A DNA stretch of 64,000 nt. Source: Amoebidium appalachense (lineage: Eukaryota; Protista; Ichthyosporea). Every line of letters starts with the position of its first letter. The first letter of the stretch is position 1. The notes below the pieces were generated by a model. It made no database searches. It was not told the DNA's origin and saw only the letters and a program-made list of their open reading frames with translations. This document shows, piece after piece, positions 49,866 to 62,496 of this stretch. Location of the stretch: assembly GCA_963693365.1 (NCBI GenBank), contig CAVNZM010000013.1, forward strand, positions 521,817 to 585,816, written 5' to 3'. The position numbers were made by a program, and so were the translations under genes.

Positions 49866-50285
49866 AAAAAAAAAATGAACTTCGTTTCAGTGCAAGAATT
49901 TTCAAAAGAAGTGTGTGCATGCGATTGTATCCCGCAAGAAAAGTTCACTTAAGTTATCATGCAGGCGTTTCGCCACAGCTCCCATACGCATGTGGGTTTA
50001 TGGTGCGCGTGCTTATGTGTGTGTATGTGTGCGCTTTTCGGAGGGATAGGGGCTGCCCCGCGGGGAGGGGGGGGAGGGGGGAGGGGGGGGATGGGGGATG
50101 GGGGTGAGGGGGGGGAAGATAAATTTACGTACATACGATCCGCAGTCTGTTGTGTGTTGTGAAACAGTAGCGTCCTGAACATAGTGCACAGAGTAGGAGA
50201 GAAATTAATTACAAATTAAAAGGGTGCCCCGGGAATGGAGAAAGGCGGGGGAGGGGAGTTAGGGTGGGGAAATAGAGAAAGAGAG

Positions 50286-50372
<87 letters not shown>

Positions 50373-50695
50373 ATGGGGGGGGGGGGGGGGGGGGAGGGGG
50401 GGGAGGGAGGCAAGTTGGAAGGAAAGGGGTGGTTGGTTGGTTTGAATCTACGTACGTGTGATCCGCAGTCTGTTGTGTGTTGTGGTACAGTGGCGTCTTG
50501 AACATAGTGCACGGAGTAGGAGAGAAGACGGGCTGCCTCTCTCATCTCTCCGTTCTTGTATGCAACTTGGGCACGGCCAAAGAACCAGTCACTCATTTCA
50601 GTGGAGGGGGTGTTGGGTCCGAGGGCTTGGGAAACTTTCCACGCTGTACATTTAGCAAAAGAAAAGGATGAGTTAGTATGTGTTTGTGTGTGTGT

Positions 50696-50742
<47 letters not shown>

Positions 50743-52056
50743 GGGGGGGGGGGGGGGGGGAAGGGAAAGGGAGGGGAGCGGAGGAGGTTGTGCCCGGGGG
50801 GGGCCGGAGGGGGAAGGGGAGCAAGGTGCGTATTGTACGTATTGTTTGTGTTGTATGCGCGCGCGCGCGCGCGCGCGCGCGCGCATGTGTGTGTGTGTGT
50901 GTGTGTGTGGACGTATGTGTGTGTGTGCGCGTGTGCATGCATGCGTGCGTGCATGTGTGTCTGTCTCTCTCTGTGTGTGTGTGGGGGGGGGGGGGGGGGG
51001 GGGGGGGGGAGGGGGGAGGGGGAGCAAGAAATAATACCGAGAGCAATGCGTGAAATGGAGGGAGCAATAGCCTCATCCGTAATAGCCACAAACCCCTTTT
51101 GGGTCTTTGGGTTGTAGAAGTGTGTCAGCGTGTTTCTCTCCACAGGACCCACTTTCCCCCCGTCAGCGTCCGCGTGGTACTGCCCATTGAGTAGCTCTGT
51201 CTGTTTGTCTTTGAGGAAATCCACCGCTGAAGCTGCAATGGGATCCGACCTTTTTTTTGGGCGGGGGGGGGGAGGGGGGGGGGGATGTGCGTGGTTTGGG
51301 TGGGTCAGTAAGAGGACATTACCCCGTATATGGTTAAGACGGGGTGGAAGAGACATACTTTCTACGTTGATAATATGTTTAAGGTAAGAAAGCGACCGTG
51401 TGTGCAACCGGCAAGTGGGTAGGTGTGTCGTGATTTACTACGTCGCAAAGGTTAGTTGCATATAGACGAAAATGTATCTGGGTTTGTCTTGTTACAAAGG
51501 ATTTGAGATTTAAAGAAGTAAGTTAAGATTTAAGGCCGTGCACTGCAAGTTCGGAGTAAAAAAATATTCCTACTTTTTTTTTTATACAGTTTTATAAAAA
51601 CTTTTTTTTGCAGCGCGCAGAAACTTCCTGCCCAAATTTCTATATTTGGCTAATCGTGCAAAAATAATTGGTCCATACTTAGTTTTTTCGATTTTGCAAG
51701 CAGAACAGGAAGGGCATGGTTATGATTTTTATCCTTTTATTCATAGTATTTTGGGGAAGGGGGGAGGGGAGTGGGATGGGCAAGTGGATAGTAACATGTG
51801 TGCCACCATTGACGAAGGGGTGAGGCTGGGGGGAGGGGGGGGGGGGGGGGGAGGGAGGGGGGGCAGGTGTTTGCATTTGATAAGAGCACATGCCGTGACG
51901 TGAAGGGAGAAAATGAGGAGCATGTGGGTGAGCAACCGGGGTTTGTGTCTGGTATGTGTGTGTTTGTACATGTACATGTGCGTTGTGTTTGTGGAAGGGG
52001 CAGAGAGCACCGGGGGGGGGGGGGGGGGGTTAATTGTGTGAGGAGGGGGGAACGAA

Positions 52057-52092
<36 letters not shown>

Positions 52093-52272
52093 TTACTTGA
52101 AGTTGCCGAGGTATTTTACAGCATCAAGAATCATCTTGCCGTGTGCGTTGATTTTGGAGTTGTCCGCCAGTGGCACGTTGTAGGCGGCAGTGGGGTTAAG
52201 GGAGAAAACTCCCAGCACAAGTATGGCCAAACGCACACGGGTGTGTGCGGATTTATGAGAGGGAAGTTTCAT
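45479..52272 (-). CDS. Secreted zinc-dependent phospholipase C (B. cereus PC-PLC / alpha-toxin family) with C-terminal C2-like beta domain; 8 exons (52272-52097, 51249-51038, 50643-50456, 49700-49452, 48715-48424, 47317-47157, 46317-46255, 45715-45479), 525 aa
   Basis: All junctions are GT-AG and phase-compatible (sum 1578 nt). Signal peptide, then Y1..H14, GQYHAD, THFYNP, HYVQDATVPQH, HVDYEDYVD, matching the tri-zinc ligand pattern; later VDIEVQMWDMD. Confidence 0.88.
50130..50202 (-). other. Intronic partial duplicate of PLC exon 3 3' end
   Basis: Encodes LSYSVHYVQDATVSQHTTDCGSY followed by a GTACGT donor. No upstream AG acceptor. Confidence 0.85.
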
Positions 52273-54094
52273 TTTCGTGTGAGTAATATGGGCACTGAAT
52301 ATCTGTGTGTGTTTTTTCTTTGCGCGCGAATTTCTCCACGAGGCTCAAACTCCTGGGAAAACTAGGTGCCGTCTGGGGAAGGTTGCCTCGAGATTTGTGG
52401 TGTGTACGTGTTTTACAAAGTCTTGGGAATATTGCCTATGTAGCTTTTGTACATGTTAATAGTGCATGGTGTGGTTCGCGGCTTTCGGGTAAAGTAAGTA
52501 CGTTCTACTCATACCCTAACACCTCTGTGGTACGTGGGTAATTCTACAAATACATGTAACAATACATACAGTGCATATATCAAATTGAAAATTCACACAC
52601 TGTGCAACCTGGCCACGGGCGGTCCTACAGTACAGCAAAAACAAAACAAAAAGCCAACGGTTCTTTTCTAAAGTAGGTGTATGCCTACTTTGAAACTTGT
52701 GACTTGGCAGCTGACTCCCAAACGTGGCAGGAGAGAGTGATAACAATTTGACCACGTCACTGCATGCATGCGGCTTCGAGCATCAAGCAGACAAAAATAA
52801 AAAAAGACGCACCTCTTCCTCTCTCGTGCTGTGCAGGCTGTCAGCCCATGCTTTTTCTTTTTATCGCTGACGGCCGCACAGCGGCGCTGATAACGCCGAG
52901 TTGCATGCTCGAGGTGATGCCAGCTAGCACGTGGGAGGTCACTCGCACTGTGCGTCACCCAGTAAGCCAGTATCATGGATATACATGCATGTAAACAGAC
53001 GTCACATGGATATATAAACAGATTGTTTTGGTTTTGGTACATATCAACAAAAAAAACTCTAGTTAACTTTTGTACTGAATCCCCTGTTGAGGTGCTTTGT
53101 TCATGTTTACTGCTTTGTGCGCGTAAGCCGCTCTGTTGCGTGCTGATAGATAAAATGTTTAAAAAAAATCAGAAAGTAACCAATTGGAAGCCGTAGATGA
53201 CCTCATGATAGATATGCATTCCACGTTTTAACGGATAAAACGAAGCGCTTTTCCTTTTAGTTGTGCAAAATTAGGCCATGACTTTAATCCAATAGTTTTA
53301 ATTACGCGTACGTTTTAAACACATTGTTGCGGCCGCGTTTTGGAGGTCAACCAATAGAAATGTGTTGGCTACGTCACCGTCATCTAGATCTAACCATGAG
53401 TCTGACGGTCCCGACTCCCGAGTCCCAGACCCCAGACCAGGCTTGCTCGTGCCGAGGAGGCTCAGAGAGAAAGATTCATACGCAGATTCGGTATCTGGGA
53501 GATGTTAGACGCCATAAGCAGTAGGCACAAAACATATGTAACATATGTGTACGGAGATAGTATTTCTGGGTAGTGATAGTAATCACAATAGCCTAAGAGC
53601 CCCTGCCGGCCCCACACGTACAACATACGGCCAACACCCAGTACTGTTCAGCTGTTCCATCAATATCATTCGTTCGTTCTTCTTATGTATGTACGCGAAG
53701 TTCACATGGGCACACAGGGCAGTTATGGTCCATAGTCACTTCAATCGTAAACTACAGTGAGAAAGCCCGGAAATTCGTACAAGACCTTGCAGCTCTGGCG
53801 TAATTATTTGTATCACAACAAAGCTTTGTCAAAAAACAACGCAAAAAATGTCGCCTCTTGTGCAACACGCAATGTTTCTTTCTGCTTTTGCCCATTTCGT
53901 GGCGGCCGCACCCTCCTTTTCCGATTCGCCCGAAAATGGACCGGATGCCAACACAATCACCAAATGGTCGGGAGTGTGTGAGATTGGCCGTAAGGTATGA
54001 TACACCGTCTTGACCTCCGTAATATCATTGAAAACTTTGTACGTTAACGTACGTAGCATATTCCTGTTGTGGAGTTTGGGTTTGTTTTCCTAAC

Positions 54095-54096
54095 AC

Positions 54097-54178
<82 letters not shown>

Positions 54179-54332
54179 TTTTAGTGTTTGTGTGTTTGTG
54201 TGTGTGTGTCACGGTGTGTGTGTGTGTGTGTGTGTGTGCGTGTATGTATGAGAGAGAGAGAGAGAGAGTGTGTGTGTGTGTGTGCGTGTGTGTATGTGTA
54301 CTGCGGTACGTTTGTGTGTGATAGTGTGCGTG

Positions 54333-54390
<58 letters not shown>
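54095..54390. repeat. (TG)n/(GA)n compound microsatellite
   Basis: Direct reading. Confidence 0.9.
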
Positions 54391-55503
54391 CACGTGTACG
54401 CACCAGCGCGCACGGGCATCACATGTAGCTTCATGCGCGAGTGTGTGTGTAAATCACAAACGCACTGCCCCCCCGGACCCACCCACCCCATATAGGCTGA
54501 GCCATCGTGTGACTATGATTTATCAGATAACCCGCACTGCCAGGCTGATCACATAATAGTACCATTATCAGCAGCTGTTTACATACAAAGGCAAAACGTA
54601 AACATCGAGGCTAACTAATAGGATTATTTGATCACCTGAAACTCAGGCTATGCGCATATGCCGTACGGCTCGGGGCTTCCCCCCTCCCCCGTGAGGCAGA
54701 GGGAGGGAGAAGGGGAAGGGGGAAATTCAGCTTTATTTTTATCGGGTGTACCACCCCTTTTATCGCTTTACCACACCTTGCATAACATCTTTCCTTGCAT
54801 TTCTGGCCAAGTTGAGCTTCTCGGAGTTTATAATGCCCACAAACACTGCCGTATGTAGCACTAAATTCGAAGAAAAGTGTTGTTGATGTTCGCCCGGGCC
54901 CGTGAACCCCCCCCCCCCCCCTCCCCCCCCCCCCCCCCCCTTTTCAGCACACGCACACACACACACACACGTCTTTCCCATCCTATATATGCATCCCCAG
55001 GCCCCGTACCTCTTCTTCCTATCCATCGAACCCACGGTCCTTTCTCCCCTCTATCCCCTTTCACCCTAACCTGAAACTTACTGTCAGAATATGCAATCGC
55101 ATATGTCAACCCATCTCACTCGCTATCGTGATCGTGCCGATGACTATGGGATGATGGTAGCTTGTAAGAGGCGATATGATTGGTTCTAAGTCATATAGGG
55201 ATCTCGGCTGGTATGTGATTGGATCTCTGTTGGGACGACTTTGCATTCCAAGCGTAGTATATAATCTCTGGACTGTGTCAGTCCAGATTGTCGTTGTCGC
55301 CGCCGCCCGCTTCGCTGCAAGTAAAGACCATCGCTATGACCAAGATTACTGCGTGACGTCCAAACGTTCTAGCTGCCAACACTATGGCAATATGTCTGGC
55401 AGGCTATTCACACCACTTCCACACACAAAAGAGGACAGGATCGGAACAGCTGTCTCTGCCCCATTGAAATATTCCAACACTTACTACTCCCACTTCATCA
55501 CAG

Positions 55504-57532
55504 AACTGTGTCTCCATGTGTCTTGGGAAAAACGGCGGAAGCTACAAGCCACCGTTTTTCCGCTGCACCGAAAAATGCGCCACGGGTACCCTCTATGACC
55601 TCCACAAGTGCACTGCAGAGGAAGTTGTGTCGGTCAGTCGGAGTATGGCCAAGTTTGTCGACTGCTCGGATGACTTTGATGAATTGTGCAGCGAAAGGTA
55701 TGTGCGATGTCACTCTTAAGATTTGTCCCGTGCTCCTTCATCCCCCCCCCCCCCCCCCCTTCCCCCCCTCTTCCTCCTCCTCCTCCTCCTCCTGCTCCCC
55801 CCTCCCCCCCCCCACCCCCCTCTCCCCCCCTCCCCGTTGCCCCATCCTTTACTCCCACCACCCTCACGTTTCTAGTGATGTGATACTGTCACTGCCTAAC
55901 GATATCCTATGCATCCCCCCCCCCCCCCCCCCCCCCTTCCCCCCTTTTCCCTCACCTCCTTTCAAACCGCCCTTCCCGCCTCATCCCTCTCCTTTCTCCC
56001 CTCCCACAAACATTAAAGTACCAAGTTAAATTGAATCAGAGTATAATAATAACATCAGCCTTGGCATGAGACAAGACCGCGGGTGCGCACAGACGCTTTG
56101 TAAATGTGGATATGAGATACAAGTACGGTGGCGCATATACATTTAATTGGGTTTCTTTTGGGCCGATGCATGGGCCCCTTCGGGTCAGACCAAAGTGCTG
56201 TTTGGTGCTCATCTCACCAATCGCAAAGCGTAGATCTATTTCGGGTCCGACCCGACCTGGAATTCCAAAAGAACTCTACTTTAATGATTGCTGAATTAGG
56301 AGCGTTACATGCGCCAGAAAAAGCAGAGCTTTTAGTCTAGCGAGTCCAGGATCACCAAGTTACACGTCTTTGCCATCATATTAGCATTGAGTTTAGCGAA
56401 GGCCTGACCTAACCACCTGTCTTTCACCCCCTTGCGCATTTTTCTCGCATGTCAACCAAATGAACAAACCATTCAATGACATTATCATAACCTATTTATA
56501 TGCATTTTTTTTTTACACCAGGTGCACCAAACCGTGTGCGGGTGCCGATGCGGAACCGTGCACTAAGTGTGTTGTGGACTGTGTGACAGAGAACAGGGAG
56601 GATCTGATACGCCGTGGATGCACGGGAGATAGTCTGGCTGAGGTGGCTGAGATATACGTAAAAGGTGGATGCCCGTAATGTGATATACTTTCCCCCCCGT
56701 TATGTCATCAAATTCATTGTGTTGTTTGTTATCAGTGTCTACTTCGCACCGTGTAAAACATTCTAACCTTCCCCCCTCCCCCCCCCCCCCCCCCCCCAAA
56801 AAAAAAAATGAAAATGAAAAAAAAAAAAGGAAAAAGAGAGGAAGGAGAGAAAAGGCCCCCCCTCCCTCCCCCGGCCACCACCCGGCAACCCCACCGTACC
56901 ACCCGGAAGCTAGTCCCTCCCCCCCCCCCCCCCCCCCTCCCCCCGAGCCCTCACTCCCCCCATTCCCCCCTCCCCCTCCCCCCCCCCCCCCTCCCCCTCC
57001 CCTCCCGGAAAGAAAAGAGAGAGAGAGCCCCCCCCCCCTCTCCCCCCCTCAGAAAAGGGGGAGGGAAGAGAGAAAGAGTGAGGGAGAAAAGAAAAGAAAA
57101 GAAAATTTGAAACCCAGTCCCCCACCTTAACTCTGCGCTCTGCGCGGTGCCCACAAAATCTTTCCCATCGCAGGTGTTACAGATCGCTCCAAACCCAATA
57201 CCAACGACGATCAAGACACGACGACGACAGGCGGGAAAATCGACGTTACGGAAACCTGCAGCGATTGGGTAATCGAAACATGCGGCCCCCAAGACCCAAA
57301 ATGCGTAAGATCTCTCGGCGAAAAAGGTGGGGTTCAATGCAAACCGGAGGAGCTGAAAGTGTTAGCTAGGACCCACTGCGCTGCATTTGCTGCATATATA
57401 GCAGGGGGGGTCTGTGACAATGTGTGCGATGGGATGGACCCGGATGGGGAGGATATGAAGGGGGGGAAATGTTTGGCTATGAAGGCTGAGTGCGAGAAAA
57501 AGGCTCTAGCAGACGCTGGGTGTAATAGATAG
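55504..57532 (+). CDS. Multi-exon Cys-rich protein (exons 55504-55697, 56522-~56675, 57174-57532); first exon and one junction unresolved
   Basis: AG/GT sites join NCVSMC..RCTEKC..ELCSE|RCTKPC..CTKCVVDC..RGC. A last open exon reads ..TCSDWVIETC..CDNVC..KCLAMKAEC..AGCNR*, with a recurrent C-x3-C pattern. Confidence 0.55.
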
Positions 57533-59239
57533 ATGCTACTTAATAGCACTGATGTTTTTGGGTTGTGCTCAGATCACGTGCACCTTGTGGACATACTATA
57601 GGGTCATATATATGAGAGAAAAATCTCAGTAGTACTAAGTGTTCCATTGAAGTGCTAAGGATCTGTCCACCGATTATGAATATATAGGTCATTGTCCCCT
57701 GGGGGAGGAGAGAGGGGAGGGGGCCGGGGGGGGGGGGGGGGGGGGGGGAGAAGGAGGAGGTACTGCAACATTCCTTTTCTAGTACTATGATCCGATGGTG
57801 GTAGCCGATGCGCGGCCGGGGGCTGAGACAATGCCGAGATGGCACCTAGGCATAAATTGTAACGGTTGACTCGCACAAATAGGCATCCCCAAAAATACCA
57901 ACACTGCCTTGTTTATTAAAGTATAAGCGGTATTTGCTGTGGCGATATGTCGATTATTGCCCACGGGTTAATACATCGATAATGTGAGCATGTACAAATT
58001 GTTTGTACGATCATAGTATGCGCCAATGGCGTATAGGCTGCGGACACGAGTGCACATGGTCACCAAGGTCCCCAATACCTGAGATATCTTCTATGCGTGT
58101 ACGTACTGTAAAAATTCCTGCCTAATACTCGCGATTGCCAAAATGAATTCGTGAAACTGCAGCTATGTCTGAGGCATGGGTTTGTGCACGTGTGCACGCT
58201 GTGTGCACGCTACCACATCATTCTCCTGCAGATGCAGATCATCCCACAACCACACTCGGTCACTTACTACAGCTGCTAGCGCCCCACGTGCACCGTCACC
58301 ATGTACAATGTACGTTCTTTCCGAACGTATCGGAGTCGACGGGTGCAGCTAGGGGTAGACGTACTGACTTTGCTACATAGGCTACCCCCTAAACGCAGTA
58401 AAAGCCATACACGCACACGAAGGGCAGTGCTCCCACCGTTTCTCATCGAACATATCATCTGACCGTGTAAAGTTTGTAAACCTACCAGGTCCTACATACC
58501 CCCTGTGTGTACAGCCTGGAAATCTGCTATATATAGCTAGGCCCTCCTGGAAGCCGAAGCCCGCCAACTAATAGCAGTGCGGCCACCCACACAGCTAGGT
58601 CTTCACATGTCCTTGTGATCGCGTGGAAGTAGTCCGGTCGACTGCGCGAATTCGAAAGCAATCCGGTCTACACAAGTGCCAGTGTTTGAAAGTTGGGCCG
58701 CCATGTGAACGAGCCTACCCGACTGCGACAAGCGGCTGCCCGAAGGCAGCGCCGCATTAAGGGCCTGTTTGGCAACGCGGAGTTAGCGGCCATACTCCGG
58801 AGTAAAATCGATTTTGGAGTTAGGGCACGGCCATCTAGAAACACCAGGCCGTCTAACGTGACGTCATCGGAATTTGCTCATTTGTTTGCGCAAGATTTTT
58901 GGTCTCGGGGGTGGTGCGGCCTACTAAAATGGCGGGAAAATGTTCTCCACAGATTTATTCGCCTTCGGCAGCAACGTGATCTACAAACGAGTTAAATTTC
59001 ATCAATTTTTATTTGACGTTTAACCTCTCTTTCGGCTCGGCCGATTGGTGATTTAGACCTACAAGAGTGCGGCCGATCGCCGGTCTGTTTATGCGGCCGC
59101 ACCCCCGGCTACGTAGGTGTACTGTTTGAACACTGCCCTCGCAAAGACACCTACGGTTGCTGTGGCACCTGGATGGGCAATATGCCCATGCCCTGGCGTT
59201 GTATCTTTTTAGGGATGGTTAGTTTCCGCTTTAGAGATC

Positions 59240-60552
59240 ATGGGGAACAAGTGCATTGTATACAACTGTAAGAGTAACTATGCTAGTGAGACTCGAAAGG
59301 ACAGGGGTAAGGAAAAATGTAAACCCGCAAGCCGATGTCGGCCAGAGCATTACCGTTTCTACTTTTAGGTTTCCCGACCCGGAAAAGCAGCCAGAGCTGT
59401 GGCAGTTGTGGTATGAAAGTTGCCTTCAGGCAGGGGATGTATGGGGTAGCAAGGCATGCTTCTTTGAAACATACAAAGATGGTAGGCCTCACGTCTGCGT
59501 CAAGCATTTCGTTGACGCAGACTATTTTCCCAAGGGGTCCTGTGATCCAACGCGAGGGAACCGGCCCCTTAAGCAAGCGATCTTCTCTCGCGATCCCAAC
59601 TCCGACCCACCCATCGCCCCTCGCATCTTCTCTGACCCTAAGGACCCAACTAAAACCATCGTGCTAGGTGAAAGGAGCATAAACGTGAGAAAGGCAGCAG
59701 CGAAAGGGAGGCACACAGAATCGAGGCAGAAGCCGCTATACTACGGTTGGCGGAGGAGGAGCGCAAGCAACAGTTACGAGCGGAGAAAGACGCACGTAAG
59801 CGTGAAGCGCAGCAGAAACGTGCACGGGAGCTTAGCGAACGAGAGGCAGAGGAGCGAAGCAAGCGTCTTATGCTCGAGCAGGAGTATGCTCGTGTCCTTG
59901 CAGACCAAATTAGGTTTGCAGACACTAACTTCATTGATGCCGTGTGCCATGCAATTCTACACCATCCGGGCTGGTCAGCCCATAAGACCACAATCGGTGT
60001 GGCGTTGAGTTTTTGTGTTCAAACCCACGCGAAAATTAAGGAAACCGAAAACGGGACGCTCCCTTTCCCCATACTAGCCGGTCATGTCCATTTCACATCC
60101 GATGGTCACTACGTAGCCTTTGCCCTCCTACCCGCCTCCCCGCCAGCGCAACCCCTTACCACCGCCAATTTGTTAAGTACCACACCCTTTCTACTCCAGC
60201 ACCTTGCAGATGGTTGGGTCACGAGATGGTCGGAATTACACACACTATTACAACGGGTGGAACAAGTTGCACAGCAGCAGACACCCCTCCCGTCCACACC
60301 ACAACCCGATTCTGTCGACGTGGATGAGTTGTTGGCAACCGCCGAGCGCACTTTGGTTGGTGATAAGCCCGTGTTGTTTGCGTTGGATATCCTCGAGCGG
60401 GCTGCAGATAACCTTGCTGAGTCAACCTCCCCCAGCGACAATGCCAAAGCCACCTCTTTCCGGTTCTTGGCCAATCAAGTTTCACTGCAAATGGTGTCAG
60501 AGGAGCACGTGAGAATGCGACGCTACGAGCCGGTAACACTGATGGTCAGTGC

Positions 60553-60588
<36 letters not shown>

Positions 60589-60622
60589 ACCAAAAAAAAC
60601 AAAAAAAAAACAAACAAACAAA

Positions 60623-60655
<33 letters not shown>

Positions 60656-61367
60656 ACCGGCCTATATATATGCACAAAATGTACGAAGCTATTATGATTC
60701 TTACTAAGGATTTTTACCAAACACTTAATAACATACCCCTCCTTGGGATACAGGTTGTTCGGATTCGGATCGTTCGGATCGGATTCGGTTCGGATCGTAT
60801 GGTGGTTGTAGGGAATGCCGCAGCGCCCTCACAATCGGCAAGGGCTTCCCCCCGGCCTTTATCGACGATCTCAGAAGCCGTGGCGCGGTTGAAATCGAGA
60901 CACGGTACCTGCAGGAATTGACGAGAGGTGGCCTAACATGGCCCACGGACCAAGTGTTTCGCATTGCCGGCCTGTGTACGAGGACCGCGGAGGTGCTTAT
61001 CAGCAACAAGTATGTCAGCAAGTTCTTTGAGGAACCAAATCAGCGCGCGTTCCTCACACACGTGACCACAAGGGAGGCAACCAAACTTTCCCTTCCCGGA
61101 CTAGACGGAGCCTGCAACGCGTGTGGTCAGGACCGCAAGGTGTATATTGAGGAGGTCTGCGCACGAATGGCAAACGTCACCCTCAATAATTTTGTCAAAA
61201 ACGAGAACTACAAAATGAGGTTGGAAGCCTTTCGGAAAAAGCAAGAGGAGCAAAGGAAAGCGCAGCAGAAAGGGAAAGCAAACCAAAAAACGGCACATCC
61301 CAAACCCGCGCAACTCGATCAGCAGGAAAGGAAGGCAGCAGTGATTATGGGCAAAATAGATGTGTAA
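59240..61367 (+). pseudogene. THAP-domain P-element-like transposase, internally deleted (no DDE core), frameshifts near 59312 and 59705, intron from 60544
   Basis: THAP: MGNKCIVYNC..FRFP..W..VCVKHF..APRIF. Then a coiled coil, RRYEPVTLM, and the P-type C-terminus CRECRSAL..YLQELTRGGLTWP..NQRAFL..C..NVTLNNFVK. Confidence 0.75.
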
Positions 61368-61654
61368 CGGGTAGATGTAGTGCAAAAGTAGAGACAACGT
61401 GTTGTGAATATAAAAACAAACGGGCATAGCATGTTGAATAACCAAGCAACTTTAGCTGATAACCTGCACGCTGAAGTGCAGGTGTAGCTCTGAGTAGTGA
61501 CGTTTTTTTTCAACATGTGCAGTTTGGACATATATAAATACGTATATACATATACATATATCCACATAAATTCATAGATACAGAGTGTGTGTATGTGTTG
61601 TGTGTGTGTGTGTGTGTGTGTGTGTACGTGAGTGTGTGTGAGCTTTGGGATAAG

Positions 61655-61723
<69 letters not shown>

Positions 61724-62496
61724 TGTGTGTGCAGAGAGAGGCACGAACTTACACACGTGTATCAAACATTCCAACCAAAACAGTAACTGGAAAAACATGG
61801 CTTAGGCTTAGGTAAAACGTTGAGATAGAGATGTCGTGTTTGAACCCAGGTACATTGGTAGTTGGTCTGTATAATAGAGGGGTCATGATCAGCAAAAAGA
61901 CAATAGAAAATACAACGGTTATCCTTTTATGTCAGAGTTGTGACAAAAATACTTGGTAACAAGGGACATAAAGAAACTCAAACAGGGCCGTCCGGGAGAC
62001 CGGTGCCGGTTGTTAGGGGTTATGGAGCGACAAGAGGGCTCTTGTACTCACCACATTTCCAAGGTGTTTTGCCGCCGATGCTGCTGTTAAATGAAGAGCT
62101 TTGCACCATGCAATGCCATATAGTAGCGACTTTCACCGAAAAGTGGAAACCCGTACAGTCGCGAGGACTGAGCAACAACACGCTAACGCTTGAGGTCCGC
62201 TCGCCAAAAAGTGAGAGGAGGGAGGGCGGGAACAGAGAGAAACCGGAACGGATCTGGGTCTACCAGCCATAACAGTTGCCGTATGCCATCCTTGCAAATG
62301 AAGGTATATGTTAGATAGAATATTTTGTTCTCATTATATGCCCAAAGTGGCCCAAAGTGCTCGCAACAACAACAAGACAAAAAAAGTGGAGCAGAAAAAC
62401 AGCTTACTCTTGCTTTTGTTTGTACGGCAAGTGCAGGAGTTTTCTCCGCGATACCCGTCGGGCTTTTCTTTCAGCCCGATTCGAAATGATTATATA

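Noticed and set aside
58165-58995. Short ORFs upstream of the THAP gene
   Set aside because: No motifs, mostly non-ATG starts, and no consistent splice structure.
61940-62400. Possible second gene downstream of the THAP gene
   Set aside because: Minus-strand frames are interrupted by stops and the short + ORF has no recognisable motif.
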